DNA from: Bacteroidota bacterium
GTDB lineage: Bacteria > Bacteroidota > Bacteroidia > Flavobacteriales > Flavobacteriaceae
NCBI GenBank assembly: GCA_027593245.1
Contig: JAQCJC010000001.1
Coordinates: 10,128 to 74,127, forward strand
Length of the DNA stretch: 64,000 nucleotides
Direction of reading: 5' to 3'
A model generated the notes under the pieces. The model was not told where the DNA came from. It made no database searches and saw nothing but the letters and a program-made list of their open reading frames with translations. Positions 56,727-64,000 of this stretch are shown piece by piece; position 1 is the first letter of the stretch; the number at the start of each line of letters is the position of its first letter. The translations under genes and the position numbers were made by a program.

Positions 56727-56757
56727 ATGCATAAAAATTATTTAAACAAATATTGGA

Positions 56758-57027
56758 ATGTACTTAACAAAAGAAACAAAAGAAGAAATCTTTAAAAAAT
56801 ACGGAAAAGATGCTAAAAATACCGGTTCTGCTGAAGGCCAAATTGCATTATTCACACTCCGTATCAATCACCTCACCGATCACTTAAAGCAAAACCGAAA
56901 AGACTTTAATACAGAGCGTTCATTGGTAAAGCTTGTAGGAAAGCGTCGATCTCTATTGGATTATTTAATTAAAAAAGATATCCTTAGGTACCGTGCGATT
57001 GTTAAAGAGTTAGGATTAAGAAAATAA
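56758..57027 (+). CDS. rpsO: 30S ribosomal protein S15
   Basis: 89 aa. GSAEGQIALFTLRINHLTDHLK...D..S.R.L...VGKRR.LL.YL is canonical S15. Confidence 0.97.
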   Translation: MYLTKETKEEIFKKYGKDAKNTGSAEGQIALFTLRINHLTDHLKQNRKDFNTERSLVKLVGKRRSLLDYLIKKDILRYRAIVKELGLRK

Positions 57028-57034
57028 ATGCACC

Positions 57035-57060
57035 AAAAAGAGGCTAATAGCCTCTTTTTT
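57035..57060 (+). terminator. rho-independent terminator after rpsO
   Basis: Stem AGAGGCT / AGCCTCT (57039-57045 / 57049-57055), loop AAT, then a T-run. Confidence 0.8.
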
Positions 57061-57112
57061 GTTTTTATGTGTATCTTTACACAAATTATAGAAGAAGCTA
57101 ATTAAAGTTTTT

Positions 57113-57150
57113 CATTGGTCACACCACACAACAACAACACAACACCAATG
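57113..57150 (+). promoter_or_regulatory. pnp leader hairpin with a 24-nt pure A/C loop
   Basis: Stem CATTGGT / ACCAATG (57113-57119 / 57144-57150). The loop at 57120-57143 contains only A and C. It lies 20 nt upstream of the pnp ATG. Confidence 0.4.
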
Positions 57151-57170
57151 TTTAATTAGAAAAAAATAAA

Positions 57171-59384
57171 ATGATTCCAAAAGTATTTAAGGAGGTCATC
57201 GACCTCGGCGATGGAAGAGAAATCTCTATCGAAACAGGGAAACTTGCCAAGCAAGCCCATGGCTCTGTGGTAGTTCAATCTGGCAAATGTATGTTGCTTT
57301 GTACTGTAGTCTCCAATTACAAACAATCGGATGTAGATTTTCTACCCCTTACAGTAGACTACCGCGAAAAATTCGCTGCAGCAGGACGCTATCCAGGCGG
57401 ATTCTTTAAAAGAGAAGCGCGCCCAAGTGACGGGGAAGTCCTAACCATGCGTCTTGTTGATCGTGTATTGCGACCGTTGTTTCCAAAAGATTATCATTCG
57501 GAAACTCAAGTAATGATTCAATTGATGTCTCATGATGAAGATGTGATGCCTGATGCTATGGCTGGGTTAGCTGCATCTGCTGCAATTCAACTTTCTGATT
57601 TTCCTTTTGAATGTGCCATTTCTGAAGCCAGAGTTGGGCGTATCAACGGAGAATTCATTATCAATCCTACTCGGGCACAGCTAGAAGAATCTGATATTGA
57701 TATGATGATTGGCGCTTCTGCTGACTCTGTCATGATGGTAGAGGGGGAAATGGATGAAATATCTGAAGAAGAAATGACTGAAGCCATTAAGTTTGCACAT
57801 GAAGCCATTAAGGTACAATGTGCAGCACAGGAACGATTGGCTGAAGCATTTGGCAAAAAAGAAGTTCGGGAGTATGAGCCAGAGCGTGCAGATGAAGATT
57901 TAGCACAAAAAGTTCATGACCTGGCCTACGATAAAGTGTACGCGGTGGCTAAAGCTGGTTCTGCTAAACACGAAAGAAGTGCAGCATTTTCAGAAATAAA
58001 AGACGAGATTGTAGATTCATTTACAGAAGAGGAACAAGAAGAGTACGGAGGATTAATTTCTAAGTATTATAGAGAAGCAGAAAAAGCTGCTGTACGTGAT
58101 TTAACGCTTAACGAAGGATTGCGCTTGGACGGTAGAAAAACAGACGAAATCAGACCTATTTGGTGTGAAGTAGACTACTTACCATCTACGCATGGTTCGT
58201 CAATTTTCACTAGAGGTGAAACACAAGCTTTGGCAACCGTAACCCTAGGAACTTCAAGAGATGCAAATCAGATCGACATGCCATCTCATGAAGGCGAAGA
58301 GCGTTTTTATTTACATTACAACTTCCCTCCTTTCTCGACTGGTGAAGCTCGCCCAATTCGCGGAACATCACGTCGTGAAGTAGGACATGGAAACTTAGCA
58401 CAACGCGCACTCAAGGGAATGGTACCGGAAGATTGCCCATATACTGTACGTGTTGTTAGTGAAGTTTTAGAAAGCAACGGATCATCATCTATGGCTACCG
58501 TTTGTTCTGGAACTATGGCACTTATGGATGCTGGTGTTCAACTGAAAAAACCAGTTTCTGGAATTGCAATGGGACTTATATCTGATGCTGATTCAGGAAA
58601 ATATGCTGTATTATCTGATATTTTAGGGGATGAAGATCATCTTGGAGATATGGATTTTAAAGTCACTGGAACAGCAGACGGGATTACGGCTTGTCAAATG
58701 GACATTAAAGTCAAAGGCTTGTCGTACGAAATTTTAGTCAATGCACTAAATCAAGCACGTGAAGGTCGACTGCATATTTTAGGAAAACTAACAGATACTA
58801 TTAAAGAACCTGCTGCAGATGTGAAAGCTCATGCACCAAAAATGGTGACCCGAATAATTCCAAATGAATTTATTGGGGCACTAATTGGTCCTGGTGGTAA
58901 AGTGATTCAAGAACTTCAAAAAGAGACAGGAACAACAATTGTGATCAACGAAGATCCAGTCACTGAAGAAGGAATTGTTGAAATATTAGGCACAGATCAA
59001 GATGGTATTGATGCTGTTTTAGCAAAAATAGATTCTATTATGTTTAAGCCAGAAGTTGGAAGTGCTTATGAGGTAAAAGTCATTAAAATGCTAGACTTCG
59101 GTGCTGTAGTAGAGTATATTGAAGCTCCTGGAAACGAAGTGTTACTCCATGTGAGTGAACTGGCATGGGAACGTACAGAAAATGTATCCGATGTTGTAAA
59201 TATGGGTGACGTTTTTGACGTGAAGTATTTTGGTATCGATTCGCGAACACGAAAAGAGAAAGTTTCGCGTAAGGCACTTCTACCTAAACCAGAAGGTTAT
59301 GTAGAACGTCCGCCAAGAGACAGAAAGCCTAATAATAGAGGTCGTGACAACCGTCGTAATGACAGAAAACCAAGACGCGACTAA
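57171..59384 (+). CDS. pnp: polyribonucleotide nucleotidyltransferase (PNPase)
   Basis: 737 aa. Two RNase PH domains, KH ([13 protein letters not shown]) and S1 domains, plus an Arg-rich C-terminal tail. Confidence 0.97.
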   Translation: MIPKVFKEVIDLGDGREISIETGKLAKQAHGSVVVQSGKCMLLCTVVSNYKQSDVDFLPLTVDYREKFAAAGRYPGGFFKREARPSDGEVLTMRLVDRVLRPLFPKDYHSETQVMIQLMSHDEDVMPDAMAGLAASAAIQLSDFPFECAISEARVGRINGEFIINPTRAQLEESDIDMMIGASADSVMMVEGEMDEISEEEMTEAIKFAHEAIKVQCAAQERLAEAFGKKEVREYEPERADEDLAQKVHDLAYDKVYAVAKAGSAKHERSAAFSEIKDEIVDSFTEEEQEEYGGLISKYYREAEKAAVRDLTLNEGLRLDGRKTDEIRPIWCEVDYLPSTHGSSIFTRGETQALATVTLGTSRDANQIDMPSHEGEERFYLHYNFPPFSTGEARPIRGTSRREVGHGNLAQRALKGMVPEDCPYTVRVVSEVLESNGSSSMATVCSGTMALMDAGVQLKKPVSGIAMGLISDADSGKYAVLSDILGDEDHLGDMDFKVTGTADGITACQMDIKVKGLSYEILVNALNQAREGRLHILGKLTDTIKEPAADVKAHAPKMVTRIIPNEFIGALIGPGGKVIQELQKETGTTIVINEDPVTEEGIVEILGTDQDGIDAVLAKIDSIMFKPEVGSAYEVKVIKMLDFGAVVEYIEAPGNEVLLHVSELAWERTENVSDVVNMGDVFDVKYFGIDSRTRKEKVSRKALLPKPEGYVERPPRDRKPNNRGRDNRRNDRKPRRD

Positions 59385-59408
59385 ATAATTTTTAGTTGTA
59401 AATAATTT

Positions 59409-59445
59409 AAAAAAGCCATTTTGAAATAAAAAATGGCTTTTTTTT
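59409..59445 (+). terminator. rho-independent terminator after pnp
   Basis: 12-bp stem AAAAGCCATTTT / AAAATGGCTTTT (59411-59422 / 59430-59441), with the T-run continuing to 59445. Confidence 0.8.
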
Positions 59446-59515
59446 GTAACATTCGTCAAGCTTTTCACGTATAACATAGTGAGACCAAAATAATTTTTAA
59501 TAAGAAGCCTTCAAA

Positions 59516-60379
59516 ATGAGACAACTCAAAATCACAAAACAAGTTACAAACAGAGAAACTGCTTCTCTAGATAAGTATCTTCAGGAAATTGGAAAAGTAG
59601 ATTTAATTACCGCCGATGAGGAAGTAGAATTAGCACAACGTATCAAAGCTGGTGATCAAATCGCATTGGAAAAATTAACTAAAGCCAATCTCCGTTTTGT
59701 TGTTTCCGTTGCCAAACAATATCAAAATCAGGGTTTAACACTTCCAGATTTGATTAATGAAGGGAACTTAGGCCTCATCAAAGCGGCTCAACGTTTTGAT
59801 GAAACCCGTGGTTTCAAGTTTATTTCTTATGCGGTTTGGTGGATTCGCCAGTCGATTTTGCAAGCTCTTGCAGAGCAATCCAGAATTGTCCGTCTACCAC
59901 TAAACAAAATTGGATCGATTAATAAGATCAATAAAACTTATGCTTTTCTTGAGCAATCGCATGAACGCCCACCAAGTGCTGAAGAAATTGCTAAAGAGTT
60001 GGATATGACTATAAATGACGTCAAAGAGTCTATGAAAAATTCTGGCCGTCACGTCTCCATGGATGCCCCCCTAGTCGAAGGAGAAGACTCCAATTTATAT
60101 GATGTTTTACGTTCTGGGGAATCCCCAAATCCAGACAAAGAATTGCTTCATGAATCTCTAAGAACTGAAATTGAGCGTGCTTTAGAAACACTAACTCCTA
60201 GAGAAGCCGATGTAATCCGCTTATATTTTGGTCTTGGTAATCAACACCCTATGACTTTAGAAGAAATTGGCGAAACTTTTGATCTTACAAGAGAACGTGT
60301 TCGACAAATAAAAGAAAAAGCGATACGCCGATTAAAACATACCTCAAGAAGTAAAATACTAAAAACCTACCTTGGTTAA
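59516..60379 (+). CDS. rpoD: primary-type RNA polymerase sigma factor (Bacteroidota sigma-A)
   Basis: 287 aa. Regions 2-4 are present ([45 protein letters not shown]) and region 1.1 is absent, as is typical for Bacteroidota. Confidence 0.92.
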   Translation: MRQLKITKQVTNRETASLDKYLQEIGKVDLITADEEVELAQRIKAGDQIALEKLTKANLRFVVSVAKQYQNQGLTLPDLINEGNLGLIKAAQRFDETRGFKFISYAVWWIRQSILQALAEQSRIVRLPLNKIGSINKINKTYAFLEQSHERPPSAEEIAKELDMTINDVKESMKNSGRHVSMDAPLVEGEDSNLYDVLRSGESPNPDKELLHESLRTEIERALETLTPREADVIRLYFGLGNQHPMTLEEIGETFDLTRERVRQIKEKAIRRLKHTSRSKILKTYLG

Positions 60380-60383
60380 TAAC

Positions 60384-60417
60384 AAAACCCCCGCTCATTG
60401 GCAGGGGTTTATTTTTT
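60384..60417 (+). terminator. rho-independent terminator after rpoD
   Basis: Imperfect GC stem CCCCGC...GCAGGGG (60389-60407) followed by TTTATTTTTT. Confidence 0.65.
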
Positions 60418-60421
60418 GTCC

Positions 60422-60429
60422 TATTTTTG
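60422..60429 (+). promoter_or_regulatory. -7 promoter box (TATTTTTG) for rpe
   Basis: Exact TAnnTTTG, 18 nt upstream of ATG 60448. Confidence 0.5.
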
Positions 60430-60447
60430 TTGTATTAAAATAAAATT

Positions 60448-61107
60448 ATGAGTTCATCTTTAATTGCACCTTCCATTCTAGCCGCCGATTTTACTAACCT
60501 TCAACGGGACATAGAGATGGTTAATGCCAGCCAAGCGGATTGGTTTCATATCGACATCATGGATGGGGTGTTTGTCCCCAATATTTCTTTTGGTATGCCC
60601 GTATTAAAAGCAATCACTAGACACGCTAAAAAAACAGTAGATGTACACTTGATGATTGTAGATCCCGATCGCTACATCAAAACATTTGCTGATTTAGGCA
60701 GCGACATTCTTACAGTACATTACGAAGCATGCCCGCATTTGCACCGCACTATTCAAGCCGTCAAAAGCGAAGGCATGAAAGCTGGAGTCGCGTTGAATCC
60801 TCATACGAATATTAATGTTTTACAAGACACTATTCAAGACATCGATTTGGTGTGTATAATGAGTGTAAATCCTGGTTTTGGAGGGCAAAGTTTTATAGAG
60901 AATACTTATGAAAAAGTAAAACAGCTAAAAGCTCTGATAGACAAGAAAAATGCGTCTACTAAAATCGAAATCGATGGGGGTGTCACTTCAGCTAATGCTA
61001 AAAAACTCAAATCTGCTGGTGCTGATATTTTGGTAGCTGGTAGCTTTGTGTTTAAAAGTGAAAATCCTTCAAAAACTATTGAAGAACTGAAGCATATGAC
61101 GGCTTAA
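60448..61107 (+). CDS. rpe: ribulose-phosphate 3-epimerase
   Basis: 219 aa. APSILAADF, HIDIMDG.FVPN, MSVNPGFGGQ.F and DGG motifs. Confidence 0.95.
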   Translation: MSSSLIAPSILAADFTNLQRDIEMVNASQADWFHIDIMDGVFVPNISFGMPVLKAITRHAKKTVDVHLMIVDPDRYIKTFADLGSDILTVHYEACPHLHRTIQAVKSEGMKAGVALNPHTNINVLQDTIQDIDLVCIMSVNPGFGGQSFIENTYEKVKQLKALIDKKNASTKIEIDGGVTSANAKKLKSAGADILVAGSFVFKSENPSKTIEELKHMTA

Positions 61108-61198
61108 ATTCATCTAACCCGACACCATATTATACCTGAATTTGAATTTGATATGCAGAAGTGGAAGCTGTAGCGTATGTTAGTCCGTCTGATAGTTG

Positions 61199-62041
61199 TT
61201 ATAATTGTGGATTTCCAGTGGTTAAATTTGAATCACATCCATTATTCATTTCAAAAGAGTACAAAGTAGCGTTAGTGTAACCACCACTAGCTGCCTGATC
61301 TTGAATTGTAGTTATTGATGAGTTATCACCACAAGCTATACCTTGATTGAAGGTAAAATAAACCTCCAGTCCTGTTTCACTTCCATTGAGTTCAGTATTC
61401 ATTTGGGACTGGATTTCTGATGCACTTCGAGCTACACTCCAAATACGTAAATCGTCAAAGACAGCAGAGGCATCAGGATCTCCAGTCCCCCAATTACTCC
61501 TCCCAATATAATTATTCGTTCTTACAATATTTACTGGGGTAGGTACAGTTCTCGTAGACTTAGCTACGCCATTAATATATATTGTTGCTGTAGCTCCATT
61601 TAGCGTGGCGACAATATGTGTCCATTGGTTTAAAGGAATGGAATCGGGTACATAAAATTGTACTCCTTCAACATAAAGGGTTGGTTTTCCAATAGTGCCA
61701 TAAGTATAAGCCAATAAAACACAATTACTTCCAGCTCCATTTCCAAAATCTATAATTCGACTCCAATTTGAAAAAGTAGTTGGATATACCCAACTCTCAA
61801 TTGTAAAATCTCCATCAAAATACACGCCACTGGGAAGTGTTGCGTAATCTGGAGTACCACTAAAACGAAGTGCATTTGAGGGTTGTGAAACTTGATCAGC
61901 ATAAGAAAATCCGAATTGCGCCGGCATAACTTGACTTAGTAGATTATTTATTATGAACATTAAAAAACAAATACTGTATGAAATCTTTGAGTTTACAGCG
62001 AAAGAGATAAGGTTTTGGTTAATTTTAAGCATGATTAACAC
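61199..62041 (-). CDS. LamG-like jellyroll (concanavalin-A-like lectin) domain secreted protein
   Basis: 280 aa. Hydrophobic signal-like N-terminus and the LamG hallmark FDDLRIWSVARSASEIQ. No recognisable T9SS C-terminal domain. Confidence 0.6.
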   Translation of the reverse strand: MLIMLKINQNLISFAVNSKISYSICFLMFIINNLLSQVMPAQFGFSYADQVSQPSNALRFSGTPDYATLPSGVYFDGDFTIESWVYPTTFSNWSRIIDFGNGAGSNCVLLAYTYGTIGKPTLYVEGVQFYVPDSIPLNQWTHIVATLNGATATIYINGVAKSTRTVPTPVNIVRTNNYIGRSNWGTGDPDASAVFDDLRIWSVARSASEIQSQMNTELNGSETGLEVYFTFNQGIACGDNSSITTIQDQAASGGYTNATLYSFEMNNGCDSNLTTGNPQL

Positions 62042-62355
62042 AAAAGTAACTTATTCTTGAATAACGATCAATATTTATCGCTTTTTCTCTTTAAATTTAA
62101 TTATTATCAACATTTCATTTTAGATAATACTAACTAAACAATGTTTTTAAAAATTAAGCTATAATTCAATAGAAATTATGGCTTATAATTGATGACCCAA
62201 AAGCAAGCCCTATTATTGAGTCATTTCAAATTTTTTATTTAAGGAAATTCAAATACAAAAAAAGAAGAACCAATCCCTGCGCATCAGTTCTACGGTTTAG
62301 TGACCCAAACTTGCTAAAATTCAAAGTTTATTGAAGTTTTCAAACAAATTTATAA

Positions 62356-63420
62356 CTATTTCGTTTTTAAGTCCAACACCGTTCTAAAACCCAAATGTTC
62401 TAAAGACGTATTTGGATCGGTGGCCATTCTTGAAGATACTCTGTAACTGGCACAATAGGAGGCATTGCATAAAAAAGAGCCACCTCTAATTACACGCTCA
62501 TCTATATACGGATTGTTGGGGTTAAAGGCCATTGTTGAGCCTTTGGGATTATCAATCACCCCATTTGTTAGACAATTGTTGTAATAATTTAAATTATACC
62601 AATCGCTTGTCCATTCCCATACATTGCCAGAAATTTCATAAAGCCCATAACCGTTTGGAGGATAGGTTTTTACAGGTGCACTTTTTTCAAAGCCATCGGC
62701 TTGAGTGTTATCCACAGGGAACTCCCCTTCCCAGCTGTTAACATAGGATGATAATTTATCCGTTAAATCGCCCCAAAAATAAATCTTATCTCGCTTACCG
62801 CCACGTGCCGCAAACTCCCACTCTGCTTCAGTTGGTAATCGCCTACCAGCCCAATTACAATAAGCCATAGCATCTTCATGGGACACATGAACAACAGGGT
62901 GATTTTCTTTTCCAACTATACTGCTTCCCTTCCCCTCTGGTTCTTTCCAATTGGCCCCAATAGCCCAACGCCACCATTGCGAAAAGTCATATAAATTAGG
63001 AACCGATTCTTTTGTTTTTTTAAATAAAAGGGAACCTGGTAATAAAAGTGAGTCGTGAGGCTTTGGGGTGCCTGGAGGTAATTGTTGTTTGATTAAATCC
63101 CAATCCACTGGTCGCTCTGCGGTTGTTATGTAATTTGTTGCTTCAATGAATTTAGAAAACTGTGCATTGGTGACTTCGGTCTCGTCCATATAAAACCCAT
63201 CCACCTTTACTGTGTGTTTGGGTTTTTCGTGGGGTAATGCCATACGATCGCCATCGGAAGCTCCCATGTGATAAATACCGCCAGGAATCCAAACCATACC
63301 GGGGATTTGTGAAATTTGATCCTTTGTTTTTATCTGAGTAGACTTTTTGCACGATTGATTGAGAAGTATAATTAATAAAATAAATATTATTTGACCTTTC
63401 GTACTACTGTTAAATTTCAT
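62356..63420 (-). CDS. formylglycine-generating enzyme family protein (sulfatase-modifying factor)
   Basis: 354 aa. Lipoprotein-like N-terminus (LLNQSC) and FGE motifs HPVVHVSHEDAMAYCNWAG.RLPTEAEWEFAARGG, GNVWEWTSDWY and RVIRGGSFLC. Confidence 0.88.
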   Translation of the reverse strand: MKFNSSTKGQIIFILLIILLNQSCKKSTQIKTKDQISQIPGMVWIPGGIYHMGASDGDRMALPHEKPKHTVKVDGFYMDETEVTNAQFSKFIEATNYITTAERPVDWDLIKQQLPPGTPKPHDSLLLPGSLLFKKTKESVPNLYDFSQWWRWAIGANWKEPEGKGSSIVGKENHPVVHVSHEDAMAYCNWAGRRLPTEAEWEFAARGGKRDKIYFWGDLTDKLSSYVNSWEGEFPVDNTQADGFEKSAPVKTYPPNGYGLYEISGNVWEWTSDWYNLNYYNNCLTNGVIDNPKGSTMAFNPNNPYIDERVIRGGSFLCNASYCASYRVSSRMATDPNTSLEHLGFRTVLDLKTK

Positions 63421-63440
63421 TTCATTATAAATTTGTCAAC

Positions 63441-63448
63441 CAAAATTA
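63441..63448 (-). promoter_or_regulatory. -7 promoter box (TAATTTTG) for the FGE gene
   Basis: Exact TAnnTTTG on the minus strand, 20 nt upstream of ATG 63420. Confidence 0.4.
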
Positions 63449-63539
63449 AAAAAACACACATAACAAATAGTAATTTATGTCTTAAAAATAAAACATATTA
63501 GTTGTTAGACTGAGATATGTTAATTGAATACGATTTTTT

Positions 63540-64000
63540 TTATTTAATTAATTTTAATCTGTTATTTAAAATTGCACTCAGACTATCTACAGTCCCTGCG
63601 AATGATGCTTCGATTGCCAAATTTCTATTTTCTTCTGGATCGGTAGAATGATCGTATAGCATTTTGGCGATTGTTTTATCTTTTCTTTGCCATTCTGTAT
63701 AAAATAAATGATCTGCAATTAGAGTTTCTCCCTTTTGGTAACGCGCCAAAGCTGTATTTTTGAATATTTTTGAAGGACTTTGAAGCGCTTCAACTAAAGA
63801 CTCACCATCTACATGAGGTGGAATAGGAATATTTGCCAATTCGCATATCGTTGGATATAAATCAACCAATTCAGCAATAGAATTACTGCGTTTATTGCTT
63901 GGGGTATTGGGTGCACTTATAATTAAAGGAACTTGAAGAGCTGCCTCAAAATTACTGTGTTTTACCCATAGGCCATGTTCCATTAAGCTCCAACCATGAT
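63540..64000 (-). CDS. sulfatase (C-terminal part; N-terminus lies beyond the window)
   Basis: The ORF is open to the window edge. HGLWVKHSNFEAALQVPLII...ELVDLYPT...A is the conserved C-terminal half of type I sulfatases. Confidence 0.85.
   Translation of the reverse strand, partial: HGWSLMEHGLWVKHSNFEAALQVPLIISAPNTPSNKRSNSIAELVDLYPTICELANIPIPPHVDGESLVEALQSPSKIFKNTALARYQKGETLIADHLFYTEWQRKDKTIAKMLYDHSTDPEENRNLAIEASFAGTVDSLSAILNNRLKLIK

Noticed and set aside
61130-61198. 22 in-frame codons after the LamG gene stop (QLSDGLTYATASTSAYQIQIQV*), considered as a remnant of a T9SS C-terminal sorting domain or a read-through
   Set aside because: The segment is far shorter than a T9SS CTD and I could not recognise any CTD motif. 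A chance open frame in 69 nt is likely.
62042-62355. 314-nt AT-rich spacer, considered as a possible ncRNA, riboswitch or small-protein locus
   Set aside because: It contains only a weak 5-bp stem plus T-run (62257-62292, a possible FGE terminator on the minus strand) and trivial ORFs of fewer than 10 codons. I could see no conserved-looking structure, and comparative data would be needed.
1-64000. CRISPR arrays, tRNA/rRNA genes, IS elements, integrases, phage or defence-system genes
   Set aside because: Reading both strands, I found no regularly spaced direct repeats, no tRNA-like T-arm or acceptor patterns, and no transposase, recombinase or nuclease-ATPase ORFs. Every ORF above about 120 aa is accounted for by the calls above.

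Overview
AT-rich, very gene-dense chromosomal segment. It looks like a marine Flavobacteriia (Bacteroidota) genome: TAnnTTTG -7 promoter boxes, no Shine-Dalgarno sequences, T9SS parts (PorT, DUF5103 plug), a TamL-like Omp85, and a Na+-NQR respiratory operon. About 65 protein genes are present and most are housekeeping: valS, murB, aqpZ, lipA, gap, lpxK, msrA, gpmI, map, nqrABCDEF-apbE, apaG, pruA, rsmG, trkHA, ubiE, fbaA, accD, rpsO, pnp, rpoD and rpe. I saw no rRNA, tRNA, CRISPR array, transposase, integrase or recognisable defence genes, and no self-contained novel island is evident. The regions most worth a second look are listed here. (1) An eight-gene, translationally coupled kynurenine/3-hydroxyanthranilate operon (15.9-23.5 kb). 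It holds both the quinolinate branch point and a catabolic branch, an SDR that lacks the catalytic YxxxK, and a fused-on O-methyltransferase. (2) A 67-aa four-Cys single-TM protein with NqrM-like architecture, heading an operon with a GT2, an ECF sigma factor with no anti-sigma, and an NRAMP transporter. (3) An uncharacterised 125-aa gene inserted between nqrF and apbE, behind a terminator-like hairpin. (4) A divergent CxxC lipoprotein / TlpA / beta-barrel module. (5) A roughly 700-bp decayed spacer with gene remnants. (6) Two classical C4 zinc ribbons (AccD N-terminus and the COG1579 protein) that have lost all four cysteines. (7) Structured rpsO and pnp leaders, the latter with a 24-nt pure A/C loop. 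The right edge enters a LamG / FGE / sulfatase accessory region. All functional calls come from motif recognition by eye; no database search was run.
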